Source: an uncultured Candidatus Bathyarchaeia archaeon
GTDB taxonomy: Archaea; Thermoproteota; CALKCG01; B24; JAWCPE01
Length of the DNA stretch: 64,000 nucleotides
Assembly (NCBI GenBank): GCA_964396445.1
Contig: CAYNFI010000001.1
Coordinates: 30,971-94,970 of the forward strand
Direction: 5' to 3'
A program made the translations under genes and the position numbers. Below, one piece after another: positions 19,609 through 29,277 of this stretch (position 1 is the first letter of the stretch; every line of letters starts with the position of its first letter). Under the pieces are notes generated by a model, which saw nothing but the letters and a program-made list of their open reading frames with translations, searched no databases and was not told the origin of the DNA.

Positions 19609-19974
19609 CTATTTTTCAACGAGTTTTTCCAGAATCGTTAGGAGAAGGTCCTTTAAGGCGTCCTCAGGGTTTTCAAACTTTTTACCAACAACTTCCACGC
19701 ATTCGTCTAAGGAGATGCGGTTTCCAAGCCAAGCATAGGCGATGAGGGCTTCAGCCGAGTTCCCTATAAAACGTCTATCAATCTTCCCAGGTAGAAAAGC
19801 CCTCAACCCAGCCCTCCTCATGGCTTCAGCTAAAACCCTGTTACTCACCTTAACCCCTGCAGGTACCCCTTTCCTCCGCGTTACCGCAAGGGAGTATATG
19901 AGATTCACTAGCACATCACCGAAGCTTGCAAGATTTCTATCTAGGAAAATCCGTGGTAAGGTATCATCTTTCAT
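19609..19974 (-). CDS. Archaeal ribonuclease III-like family protein
   Basis: LASFGDVLVNLIYSLA and GNSAEALIAYAWL; it lies downstream of rpoL. Confidence 0.8.
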   Translation of the reverse strand: MKDDTLPRIFLDRNLASFGDVLVNLIYSLAVTRRKGVPAGVKVSNRVLAEAMRRAGLRAFLPGKIDRRFIGNSAEALIAYAWLGNRISLDECVEVVGKKFENPEDALKDLLLTILEKLVEK

Positions 19975-20021
19975 ACGTGGAAGAAACCCTTCCTGACGTC
20001 AACCAGTTAGTTTTAGTTCCC

Positions 20022-20312
20022 CTACTTACGCGGTTCCTCATATGCTTTCTCGAAAAGTTCCCTGAACTCCCTAACATCCTTTACAACCCTTTCGGCTGCC
20101 TTGAATAAGGCTTCCTCAGGTTTTTCTCCACCCTTCGTCCTTACGTAGAATATGGCTGTGAGGACCAAAGGATGGGGGATCGTGTAACCCGCGAAGTCTA
20201 CTCCCTCGTCTCTGAGGAGGGCTTCTTGTAGGGCGTTACAGAAGGTGTGGCCCTCCCCCTCAACCTCGATCCTCAGCTCATTCTCCGCCTTTTTCAAAAC
20301 CTTCAGCTTCAC
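20022..20312 (-). CDS. rpoL: DNA-directed RNA polymerase subunit L (Rpo11)
   Basis: GEGHTFCNAL and AGYTIPHPL. Confidence 0.96.
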   Translation of the reverse strand: MKLKVLKKAENELRIEVEGEGHTFCNALQEALLRDEGVDFAGYTIPHPLVLTAIFYVRTKGGEKPEEALFKAAERVVKDVREFRELFEKAYEEPRK

Positions 20313-20358
20313 GTTCTAACCTCCATAACAAGCTTTCTATTAATAACCCGACTTCACC

Positions 20359-20919
20359 CTAATCCTGAGCGATTTTCCTCTTCTCAAGGTTGCCGCAGCT
20401 TTGACACCTTAGGATACCCTTGTCCCTCATTAATTGCATCCCGCAGATTGAACAATAGGCTTGGAGGACGCCAAGGTTTCTTTCCATGGTAGAAAGATGG
20501 TATGTCATGTTCTTTAAGCTACTTACCCTCGCCCTTATCACGTCCCGTGGCTTATATGCCTCGTTAACCCTTCTCACGTATCGTAAACCTACCGTTAAGA
20601 GGTGGACAACTCCTTCGAATGGAGCGTTTAAAGGTTTATCATCGATCTTAACGATCTCAACGAAAGCTGCTTTATCCTGGGAAGTAACAACGTATGCGGT
20701 AACTACATCCCCAACTTTAGGAAGACAAGGCTTATCGTCGATCGGTTGAACATTGATGGTTCTATCCCTTGAATCCACGCGGGTTAATCCAACCCTCTCG
20801 GAATATATGGAGCCGTCGACCTCGTACACGCCTTCACCAACCGAGAATTCTTCAACTACACCAAGCCTTTCACCAGGAACCACCAGCTGCCCCACCCGCG
20901 TCTTCCCAGCCAAGCCCAT
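20359..20919 (-). CDS. csl4: Exosome complex RNA-binding protein Csl4
   Basis: VVPGERLG, an S1 domain, and C-terminal Zn ribbon CSICG...CQSCG..EKRKIA; upstream of rpoL. Confidence 0.93.
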   Translation of the reverse strand: MGLAGKTRVGQLVVPGERLGVVEEFSVGEGVYEVDGSIYSERVGLTRVDSRDRTINVQPIDDKPCLPKVGDVVTAYVVTSQDKAAFVEIVKIDDKPLNAPFEGVVHLLTVGLRYVRRVNEAYKPRDVIRARVSSLKNMTYHLSTMERNLGVLQAYCSICGMQLMRDKGILRCQSCGNLEKRKIAQD

Positions 20920-21114
20920 GGGAACCCATCTCTTTCAAGCCGTCTATTATCTGCAAAGCCACATTTAAACCCTACAGGTACAACCACTGCAATCATGGTC
21001 GTAGATCTGATTGGTAATGTTCGGCTCTAACCTAACCCCTAAGTAAAGCGGGTAGATGTAGTGGTAACGTTTAATACAAAACACGTTTAACCTTTGTAAC
21101 AGAGGAGTATCAAC

Positions 21115-22368
21115 TTGGTTAAGTTAGCTATAAACGGTGGGGAACCTACTATAAAAAACCAGTTAGGTAAACCCTGGCCTATCTTTGATGAAAAAGATGA
21201 GAAGACTCTGTTGGAAGTTTTAAGAAGCGGGAAGTGGTGGCGTGGGGCCTATGAAAAACCCTCCGATTCCAAGGTTGGGCAGTTTGAAGACGCTTTCGCA
21301 GCTTATCAACACGCAAAATACGGTATAGCAGTGTCAAACGGGACGCAGGCTTTAGAATGTGCTCTTAAGGCTGCTAGTGTAAGTCCGGGGGACGAGGTTA
21401 TCGTCCCCGCCCTCACGTTTGTGGCTACGGCAACCGCAGTTGCCTTAGTAAACGCGGTTCCTGTGTTTGCCGACATCGACCCGGCGAGCTACAACATCAG
21501 CCCGGACGCCGTTGAGGCAGCCATAACGGATAAGACGAAGGCAGTCATCCCAGTGCATAATGGAGGTTATCCATGCGACATGGATAGGATCATGGAGGTT
21601 ACCTCTAAGCACGACCTAATCGTTGTAGAGGATTGTGCCCACGCCCACGGCTCTGAGTGGAGGGGACGGCGTGTAGGCTCCATAGGGCATTTCGGAGCCT
21701 TCAGCTTCCAGATGGGGAAAACGCTAACCTGCGGGGAAGGCGGAATCGTTTTAACGAACGCTCAAGATTTAGCTGAGAAGGCTTACTCCTTCATGCACAT
21801 CGGGCGTATCTCTGGGCGACCTTTCTACGAGTTCCACCGCATCGCCTCAAACCTACGCATGACAGAGTTTCAGGCAGCCATCCTCTTAACCCAGCTTTCA
21901 AGGCTTGATGAGCAGGTTGAAACCCGTGAACGGAACACGGCTTACCTCGTTAAAGGACTTAAGGAGGTTGAAGGCGTTGAACCAATTAACCGCGACCCAA
22001 GGGTTACCCGATGGTGCTTTTACTACTGGAACTTCAAGTACCATGAAGAGAGCTTCGATGGAGTACCCAGAGATAGGTTCATCGAAGCCCTGAAGGCTGA
22101 AGGTGTTCCCTGCGGTGTCGGAGCTCATGGGCAGCCGATCTACCGTAACCCCCTATTCGAAAGGACAGATTGGAGCAAATGTCCCTTCCACCGTGAGGAC
22201 CTAGACTATCGAAAGGTCTACTGCCCGGAGGCTGAAAGGATCTACCAACATGAAGCTTGCAGCTTCCCTCATAAAATCTTCCTTGGCGACTTCGATGATA
22301 TGAACCTCATCATTGAAGCCATCAAGAAGATCCGAGCGCATACGGATGAGTTAAAGCAAGCCACGTAG
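21115..22368 (+). CDS. DegT/DnrJ/EryC1/StrS family PLP aminotransferase
   Basis: VEDCAHAHG, FSFQMGKTLTCGEGG and NLRMTEFQAA. Confidence 0.93.
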   Translation: MVKLAINGGEPTIKNQLGKPWPIFDEKDEKTLLEVLRSGKWWRGAYEKPSDSKVGQFEDAFAAYQHAKYGIAVSNGTQALECALKAASVSPGDEVIVPALTFVATATAVALVNAVPVFADIDPASYNISPDAVEAAITDKTKAVIPVHNGGYPCDMDRIMEVTSKHDLIVVEDCAHAHGSEWRGRRVGSIGHFGAFSFQMGKTLTCGEGGIVLTNAQDLAEKAYSFMHIGRISGRPFYEFHRIASNLRMTEFQAAILLTQLSRLDEQVETRERNTAYLVKGLKEVEGVEPINRDPRVTRWCFYYWNFKYHEESFDGVPRDRFIEALKAEGVPCGVGAHGQPIYRNPLFERTDWSKCPFHREDLDYRKVYCPEAERIYQHEACSFPHKIFLGDFDDMNLIIEAIKKIRAHTDELKQAT

Positions 22369-22396
22369 ACATAATAAGTAGAGAGTGTGACGACGG

Positions 22397-22978
22397 TTGC
22401 TGAGGGAGGAAATCTACTACTTCGAGGAACCCGGTCCTGAGAACACGGATCAATGCATCGAGTTGGCTAAGAAGAGGGTTACAGAGCTTGGTTTAAGGCA
22501 TGTGGTTGTAGCCACAAGCACTGGAGAAACAGCCTTGAAAGTCAGGCGTGTCTTTGAAGGGATGAACACCAATATTGTGGCTGTAACTTTACATGCGGGG
22601 AGGTGGCTAGACTATGGACCACCCGACCACGCAAAGCTCGAAGAGCTTAGGAAAAGCCGCGTTCAAGTTCTCACAGGCACCCACGCCCTCATGGGAAGCG
22701 TGGATACAGCCATAAAGAAAAACTTCGGGGGGCTCCCTCCGACCGAAATCATCGCTCGAACACTATACTTCTTCGGCCAAGGGATGAAGGTCTGCGTGGA
22801 AATAACCCTCATGGCCGCTGACGCTGGATTAATCCCTCTCTTTGAGGAAGTCTTAGCCATTGCTGGGACAGATGTAGGCGCTGACACCGCCGTTGTGTTA
22901 AAATCAACTCCAACCGATAAGGTCTTCGAGCTGGAAGTCAGAGAAATCACTTGCATGCCACGCATCAAGAAAATGTAG
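22397..22978 (+). CDS. Pyruvate kinase alpha/beta (PK_C-like) stand-alone domain protein
   Basis: YFEEPGPENT, VVVATSTGETA, FGQGMKVCVEITLMAADAG and GADTA. Confidence 0.85.
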   Translation: MLREEIYYFEEPGPENTDQCIELAKKRVTELGLRHVVVATSTGETALKVRRVFEGMNTNIVAVTLHAGRWLDYGPPDHAKLEELRKSRVQVLTGTHALMGSVDTAIKKNFGGLPPTEIIARTLYFFGQGMKVCVEITLMAADAGLIPLFEEVLAIAGTDVGADTAVVLKSTPTDKVFELEVREITCMPRIKKM

Positions 22979-23195
22979 GGGAAAGCACCTCTTCCTTTCC
23001 GCTTGGTCTTCGAGCTCCAATCAATTGATTCTATCCTGTGAAGAGATGGTTGATAGGCTGAATTCGCAGGAGGCTTTGAAGGTTTTGGTTATGTTGAAGG
23101 TTGGTGAGAAGGGAGATCATTACAGCATCAGTTTAAACGCTTTACCATAAAAAGACTTATATTTTAACGTGGAGAAACCTCGAAAGGTGTTTCGG

Positions 23196-25928
23196 ATGGA
23201 TGAAGTCGATCTCTGGAGTTTAAAGGAGGCCATTGAGAGGGAAGTTGAAAGAGCTAGGATGCAGGGATACTTCCCCTTAGATGTTGGAGACGCTTTGAAA
23301 AAAGCCACGGGTCTTCTCATAAAGTACAGGGGTACAAAGAGTTGGGAAAGAGGGTATTGGGGTAGGGCTCAAAACTATGATCTGGGATTCGATGTAGAAA
23401 GAGAAGGGCTTCTACTCCAAGCTAGGGAGGCCCTCCTCAGGGCGAAAGGAGCCGTTATCGCACTTAAACTCCCAACATGGGCTAAGGAGCTTCGCTATTA
23501 CTACACGGATGTCCAGTGGGGCGCGGAAGCTGCGGGATCTCTAGACCCCCGTAGAGGAGTGGTTTTCATGTCTGGGAGGGAATGGGCTCTCAAGGGTTTC
23601 CCTGAAACCCAGGAAGGTCTATGGTATAGGTGTAACTGCCGGCCTACTGTGGATGGTGTAAGGATGATCGAAGGTTTTCACGGCGAAGGCAAGCGGGTTG
23701 GAACATACCTGAGCGGAGGTATGATGGCCGTCACCTACGCCTTGCTACCTGACTCTGAGGAGGATTGGACAGATGACTTCATGAGGGAGTACGCAGGTCA
23801 CTACTGGCATGGTAAAATGGAGCGTTACTGGGGTGCTAGAGGGCCCTCATCAGATTGGCAGGATAGGCTCATACCCGACATGAGTTTCTCAAGGTGGATG
23901 ATGCGCCAGCTTGAGTTCGCCCAGAGGGTGGGCTTTGACTTCATCCACCTTGACGAGGCCTTCGGAAGATATCCCGACGCCCATATGCTTTCGGAAAGGA
24001 ATCCAAACTTCGTAGTCTGCCCCAACAACCTCGCACGCATGTACGTGGATGAGGAGGGTTGGCGCTTCGGTTGGACGGCTATGGGTGAGTCTCTAGGTCA
24101 GCCCTCCAGATGGGATGAGTTCTACAGCAGGATGAGGCGGCGGAGTTTGGAAGCCCGCAACATAACTTGGTGGGGGTGGCACGCATACACTCCCTTTGAG
24201 GAGGCTTACCAGAACCTCTCATACGCCACAACGCTGGCGAATAAAGGCACCGATGTCAGCCACAGCAACCCCTCAGACGAGTACATAGAGTTCTCTAGGA
24301 GGCTTAGCGACTACATATACAGCCCATACGTCGATGTCTACGTTTCACAGGATGTTGTCAAGTCGGTCGAAGCCCCTGAACACCTAAGGACCATAGTGAA
24401 CCGAAGGGTTTTAGCCAGCGGGAAAGAGGAGCTTATCATACATCTCCTCAATACAAAACCCGATGTTCAATCAATAAAACAAGTGATGCTGGAGGTAGAC
24501 CTATCAGGCTTCAAAGTGAAGTGGCCTCCTACAATTACTTTCGCCGCCCCAAAATTCGATGCGAAGGTTCTGGAGGTTGAGGTTGAAGGTCGTAGGATCA
24601 GGTTTGAGACTCCAGAGATCACGGTTTGGGGAATCATTGTAATCGGTGAATCCCTCTACCCACGCGTTGAGCTCCGCTTCAAGTCAAGGTCCAATGTTCC
24701 AGTATCCCACCCCTTGGATTACGGCTTCGTTCCCGGTGAGGAAATCGAGGTTGAAGCCAAGGTTGATGAGATAGTTACAGCCGAGTACTCAATGGACTTG
24801 CACCTGCCAGAGGGCTGGGAGTACAGAGAAGTCAACGTTAACGATGTGGAAAACCTACGTCTTTTCAAGGTTATACCCCTCTTCGCTGATAAGGATAAGG
24901 GGTACGCTGTCACACCGATTCTTAGGCAGTTTGGGGAGGCTATGCCCTCTTGGCCAGTTATCCTCCAAGCCAAGGATAAGATATGTTTTAAGCTTATCCC
25001 TCCCATGGCTGAGTCACCCGACATCAGAGCAGATTACGGGTTGGAAGTTAAGAACTACAGTAAAGCCGGAGCTGTCAAGTTCACGCTCAAGCCTCCAGAA
25101 GGCTGGAAGATGGGTAGGACGGAGTTCGAGATGGATATGGAAGCTGGAGAGACGAGGAGTGAAACCATCTCCATGGTTTCGCCAGACTATCATATAAGGT
25201 TCTGGGATCAGTTAGACGTTGACATTCCAATAGATTGGACATTCCAAGGCTTTAAGGGATCCAGCAACCTACGGGTCCGAGTCTTTCCAACCCGCTTCCA
25301 CGTACACTCCAGAGGTGTGGATACGATGATTATGCACTCCTATCCGAACCTCTACTTCATAGATGACTTAGAGGAGGCTAAGTCAAGCCTCAAGAGAGGC
25401 GAATACGTGACCCTATGGCTTGTCAATCAGGACCCTGAAAAGCATGGCCCAGTGGTAGATGAGTTCGTGTCTATGGGAGGAGGCGTGGTATGGATGGGGC
25501 AGCCATTCCTAGGGGAGAACTGCCCGGTAACCCTAGATGAAATGGGCCTCGAATCTAAGACTATACGCTACTTAATGTTTCCAAATGAGCCTGAAGACCG
25601 GCTTTTAACTCCGGCTAAGAGGAAACGAACTGTATACGAGTCTGAGAAGGGCTTTAAGACTTTCAGAGTTAAGGTGAAGGATTGGGGTAAAGCCCTCGCC
25701 GTTTGGGGAAAGCCATCGGAAGGAGCCGCCATCGGGATTGAAGGGACACCAGCCCTCGTCGTTTCTAAGGACCCTAATAGGAGGGTTGTTTACATAGGCT
25801 CAGACCTTGAGGTAGAATCTGAGGAAGCCTACAGATTTGAGGACAGGAACCACCATGAAAGCCACTGGTACCAAACCTACATCTTCTACAGCCTACTGAA
25901 TTGGGCGTCCGGAGCCTATAACCTGTAA
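23196..25928 (+). CDS. Large hypothetical protein, putative glycoside hydrolase-like TIM barrel plus beta-sandwich domains
   Basis: W/Y-rich N-terminal half with GFDFIHLDEAF, then LIIHLLN, and two 'L..P.GW' Ig/NEW3-like modules. Confidence 0.6.
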   Translation: MDEVDLWSLKEAIEREVERARMQGYFPLDVGDALKKATGLLIKYRGTKSWERGYWGRAQNYDLGFDVEREGLLLQAREALLRAKGAVIALKLPTWAKELRYYYTDVQWGAEAAGSLDPRRGVVFMSGREWALKGFPETQEGLWYRCNCRPTVDGVRMIEGFHGEGKRVGTYLSGGMMAVTYALLPDSEEDWTDDFMREYAGHYWHGKMERYWGARGPSSDWQDRLIPDMSFSRWMMRQLEFAQRVGFDFIHLDEAFGRYPDAHMLSERNPNFVVCPNNLARMYVDEEGWRFGWTAMGESLGQPSRWDEFYSRMRRRSLEARNITWWGWHAYTPFEEAYQNLSYATTLANKGTDVSHSNPSDEYIEFSRRLSDYIYSPYVDVYVSQDVVKSVEAPEHLRTIVNRRVLASGKEELIIHLLNTKPDVQSIKQVMLEVDLSGFKVKWPPTITFAAPKFDAKVLEVEVEGRRIRFETPEITVWGIIVIGESLYPRVELRFKSRSNVPVSHPLDYGFVPGEEIEVEAKVDEIVTAEYSMDLHLPEGWEYREVNVNDVENLRLFKVIPLFADKDKGYAVTPILRQFGEAMPSWPVILQAKDKICFKLIPPMAESPDIRADYGLEVKNYSKAGAVKFTLKPPEGWKMGRTEFEMDMEAGETRSETISMVSPDYHIRFWDQLDVDIPIDWTFQGFKGSSNLRVRVFPTRFHVHSRGVDTMIMHSYPNLYFIDDLEEAKSSLKRGEYVTLWLVNQDPEKHGPVVDEFVSMGGGVVWMGQPFLGENCPVTLDEMGLESKTIRYLMFPNEPEDRLLTPAKRKRTVYESEKGFKTFRVKVKDWGKALAVWGKPSEGAAIGIEGTPALVVSKDPNRRVVYIGSDLEVESEEAYRFEDRNHHESHWYQTYIFYSLLNWASGAYNL

Positions 25929-26005
25929 ACATTTTCTAGAAGGAAATTCACAGCTCTATTGAAGGAAGGGAACTCCCGATAGTGCGCTTTACCTGATTTT
26001 TTAAC

Positions 26006-26434
26006 TTATCTCTGACGCGGTATGGGCGCGCGCAGGGGCTGCGCCTCGACAATAGATCGAATATCCGCTGGGATTTCCTCATACGGCACGAGAATCCTCT
26101 CCTCGCCTGGGGGGTCGTAGCCTAACATGATTACCTTGAAGTCCCTGCTACCCACATCGATCTCCATGTGCTTCTCACCCGGTTTGATCAATAGGAGGTC
26201 ATGGGGTTTTACGATGTGAACCTCGTTTTCAACGAGGATCCGCATCTCTCCGGTGATACCGATGATCACATACTCTCTTTTAGTGTGATAGTGGTAAGGA
26301 GAGACTTTATTAAGGGAGCCATCAGGTGAACACTTCACCTCGTATACAGACCCCCAGAGCAACTTAGCACCCTGCCCCTTCAGGTCAAACGCTTCCTCCC
26401 CCATGTTGAAGTGGGTCACCAATAACATCACCAA
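26006..26434 (-). CDS. Cupin domain protein
   Basis: HYHTKREY...G and PGEKH cupin motifs. Confidence 0.85.
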   Translation of the reverse strand: MVMLLVTHFNMGEEAFDLKGQGAKLLWGSVYEVKCSPDGSLNKVSPYHYHTKREYVIIGITGEMRILVENEVHIVKPHDLLLIKPGEKHMEIDVGSRDFKVIMLGYDPPGEERILVPYEEIPADIRSIVEAQPLRAPIPRQR

Positions 26435-26547
26435 CCTGCAGCAGTCTAACGTAGAGATTACAGCGTTTAAAAGTTTTAAATCTATTAGTGTCCCATGGCT
26501 TCCACGATAAATATTTTTAAGGGGAAACGCTGCGAACTGGAGGAGCC

Positions 26548-27546
26548 TTAATAGAAAAGGGGCATAACCTTCTCAGCGAACAGTTTTATGCCTTCCTCTG
26601 AGGGATAATCGAGGAACCAAACGGTGAAAAGGTTTATGCCAATGTCCACGTACCGCCCGATCCTCTCAACAACCTCTTCAGGTGTCCCATAGAGGTTAGT
26701 GGCTTTAAAAGCCTCTAACGCTCTATCTTCACCCCAGGTTTTGAATACGTAGTTAGAGTTTAGGGTTTCAACCCTTCGGAGAATCGCCTTCAAACCATAA
26801 TGATCCTTCGCGATGAGAACGTGACCATCCCAAGATTTAGCGATTTCATCGAACTGTCTACTTGTTTTACGGCAATGCATGCGCAATGCCTCCATTTTTC
26901 TCACCATGGTCTCAACAGAGCCTCCCCAGTTCCAGCCGTTCGCGTACTTTGCCACTGCTTTCAAGAGAAGTTTTTCGCCGCCTCCCCCTATCCATATTGG
27001 TGGGTGGGGTTTCTGGAGGGGTTTAGGCTCGCAGAGGGCTTCCCGCACCTCGTAAAACCTACCTTTGAAGCTGGGCTTCTCCTCAGTCCACATACGCTTG
27101 ATAATCTCTAATCCCTCTTCCATCATGTGGATCCTCTGCGCTGCTGATTCCACAACGGGAAGCCCGTAGGACACGTTTTCCTTTATGTAGCCAGCTCCAT
27201 ACCCGAACTCTAATCTCCCCCCCGATACAACGTCGAATGTGGCAGACATCTTCGCAAGCATAGCGGGATACCTGAAGGTGTTGCAGAGCACGAGGGTTCC
27301 AAGCCTAATCTTTTCAGTAGCGGAAGCTAAAGCTGAAAGCACGGTCCAACATTCAAGGATCTCCTTATTCACACCTGAGATCACATGGTCGCAGAGCCAA
27401 ACAGAGTCGAAGCCAAGCCTCTCGCAGAGCAGAACGGTTTCCTTTAAACTGGGATAGTCGATTTTTTCCCAGCAGGGAACATCGGAATGTGTGTTATAGG
27501 CACCAGCGAAGGTCGGCGCAGCCCATCCAAACCTGACCTTAACCAA
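26548..27546 (-). CDS. LLM-class (luciferase-like) flavin/F420-dependent oxidoreductase
   Basis: GFDSVWLCDH, IRLGTLVLCNTFRYPAMLAK and PKPLQKPHPPIWIGGGGE. Confidence 0.92.
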   Translation of the reverse strand: MVKVRFGWAAPTFAGAYNTHSDVPCWEKIDYPSLKETVLLCERLGFDSVWLCDHVISGVNKEILECWTVLSALASATEKIRLGTLVLCNTFRYPAMLAKMSATFDVVSGGRLEFGYGAGYIKENVSYGLPVVESAAQRIHMMEEGLEIIKRMWTEEKPSFKGRFYEVREALCEPKPLQKPHPPIWIGGGGEKLLLKAVAKYANGWNWGGSVETMVRKMEALRMHCRKTSRQFDEIAKSWDGHVLIAKDHYGLKAILRRVETLNSNYVFKTWGEDRALEAFKATNLYGTPEEVVERIGRYVDIGINLFTVWFLDYPSEEGIKLFAEKVMPLFY

Positions 27547-27663
27547 ACCCTATCCCCGCCGTTTTACTGTTAAATAAGCTACCAGTTAAATGTAGTTAAA
27601 GCTGTTAGGTACAGCAGAGTTATAGCATAGGAACGGGATTCCGTAAAACTGATAAACGTGAAA

Positions 27664-28914
27664 TCATGTTTTTCCCGGAACTTTGAAGTGTACCTCCACT
27701 TGCTCAACACTGCAGGGATATACCCAGTCTTTCCCTTCCTTATACGCGTTCCGGACGAGCCGTCTTCCCTCCTTAAGGAGTACAGCCCAAACACCTAAGG
27801 TGACAATGCAGAGACCTGGCGGCAGGGAGTCATGGTGTTGACACATGGCTCCTCCGGGAGCATGTCCCGTCAGCATCTTCCATACAACCTCTAAGGAGAG
27901 GTTTCCCTTCGCCTCACTCACAGTACGTTGCATCCAATCGTAGCGTTTCCGGTAGTACTTAAAGCGAGGAGATGCGGTGTCGCAGAGCTTTTTCAGGTCT
28001 TCATTCTCGCATCCAGCGTAGGTTGAAAAGCCTACTCCAGCGTCATCTAAATCCCTTACAGCCATTTTTCTACGGGATTTTTCAACAACCCTGGCGTTTC
28101 CATGGACATCATAGACAACGGCGTTGCATGGACCCCAGAAGAGCCTATACCTTTGCAGCATCTCCACGGCTTCCTCAACTGTGGCGCAGTAGCGGAGAAT
28201 CAGCTCGCCAACGTCGACGGGGAATATCTCTGGAGAGGGTTCTTCGTACTCGTAGAAGGCTCCTCCGCCTGTTACGAAGCCTGCGAACCCCTTCTCGTTA
28301 ATCCCGCTTACACGGCTGTAACCTTTACCTCTGTATCTGATGAGGGTAGGCTTCTCTTCCACCACCTTTTTAGAGGGTGGAGTGAAGGCTTCATCCTCAT
28401 ACCATCCCGGCCAATCATCCCAGCCGCGTCCAAATATCGGACCATCCTCTGTGCGCGTGAAGATAATCTCCGTGCAGGCTTCAACACCCTCAGATGGAGG
28501 TCGATTGACCTGAGCGTAGTACATGATTTCCTTCCAATACTTCTCCAAGAGTACTTCCTTAAGTTCGATGCCCGCGGCTTCAGCGTAGCCTTTCACGTAC
28601 CCGTCGATGTACTCATCCATTCCCTCAAGTTCAGGGTAGGTCTTGAGGTTCGGGAGCGTAGCCATCTTCTTTTGATGAAGCTTCTCAGCGTACCGTAAAG
28701 CGGCATCCCTCGTCCAGCTTCCAAGTTTTCCAAGAACTTCCTCGAGTGTTACCTTTCTCCGCTTTTCAATGGGCCAACAGGCATAGCTGTAACTCGTCCA
28801 CCCCGCCCAATAAACGGGGTCCGTTAACCTCCCCCTTTTCCACCTGCCCTTTACCTCTAAGCCAGCTTTAAAACCATCTTCATAACCGGAAGACGTAATC
28901 TCTACGACCTTCAA
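27664..28914 (-). CDS. Peptidase C45/Ntn-hydrolase family protein (autoproteolytic acyltransferase/hydrolase)
   Basis: GYAEAAG, ACTEII (Cys nucleophile), GRGWD, GINEKG and LILRYCATVEEAVEML. Confidence 0.7.
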   Translation of the reverse strand: MKVVEITSSGYEDGFKAGLEVKGRWKRGRLTDPVYWAGWTSYSYACWPIEKRRKVTLEEVLGKLGSWTRDAALRYAEKLHQKKMATLPNLKTYPELEGMDEYIDGYVKGYAEAAGIELKEVLLEKYWKEIMYYAQVNRPPSEGVEACTEIIFTRTEDGPIFGRGWDDWPGWYEDEAFTPPSKKVVEEKPTLIRYRGKGYSRVSGINEKGFAGFVTGGGAFYEYEEPSPEIFPVDVGELILRYCATVEEAVEMLQRYRLFWGPCNAVVYDVHGNARVVEKSRRKMAVRDLDDAGVGFSTYAGCENEDLKKLCDTASPRFKYYRKRYDWMQRTVSEAKGNLSLEVVWKMLTGHAPGGAMCQHHDSLPPGLCIVTLGVWAVLLKEGRRLVRNAYKEGKDWVYPCSVEQVEVHFKVPGKT

Positions 28915-29277
28915 CCTCGAACACGGTCGATCATAGTTCCTAATACTTCATAAAAGCTTTTCAGTGCTCAACTGGAATAGGGAACTTAGAGTCTAAGGTA
29001 TGGAACAGTTGAAAAAAGGAAGGGGATAGCCTAAAGCCCTCTATGACTTCGACTTCGAAACCTACGGTAACGCGGCTACTACTACGCGATTATACTCTTT
29101 AACCCCCTCTACTCGTTCATAAAGAATTGGGTAGCCATACCAGATACCTGTCACGGTAAAGCTCGATTTCCTCAAAAGGAATCCACTGGAAGCTTACCTT
29201 CCCGCTAAAAGGCGCGTATGGTTTCACGGGCTACGGTCAGGGAGACGAAGGAATGTCCCTTCGTTCCTTTGCTATTA

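Noticed and set aside
29040..29200. Fragments resembling a dodecin C-terminus (GVKEY / RVTVGFEVE) on the minus strand
   Set aside because: The fragments are in different frames and no N-terminal dodecin motif is found; too weak to call a pseudogene.
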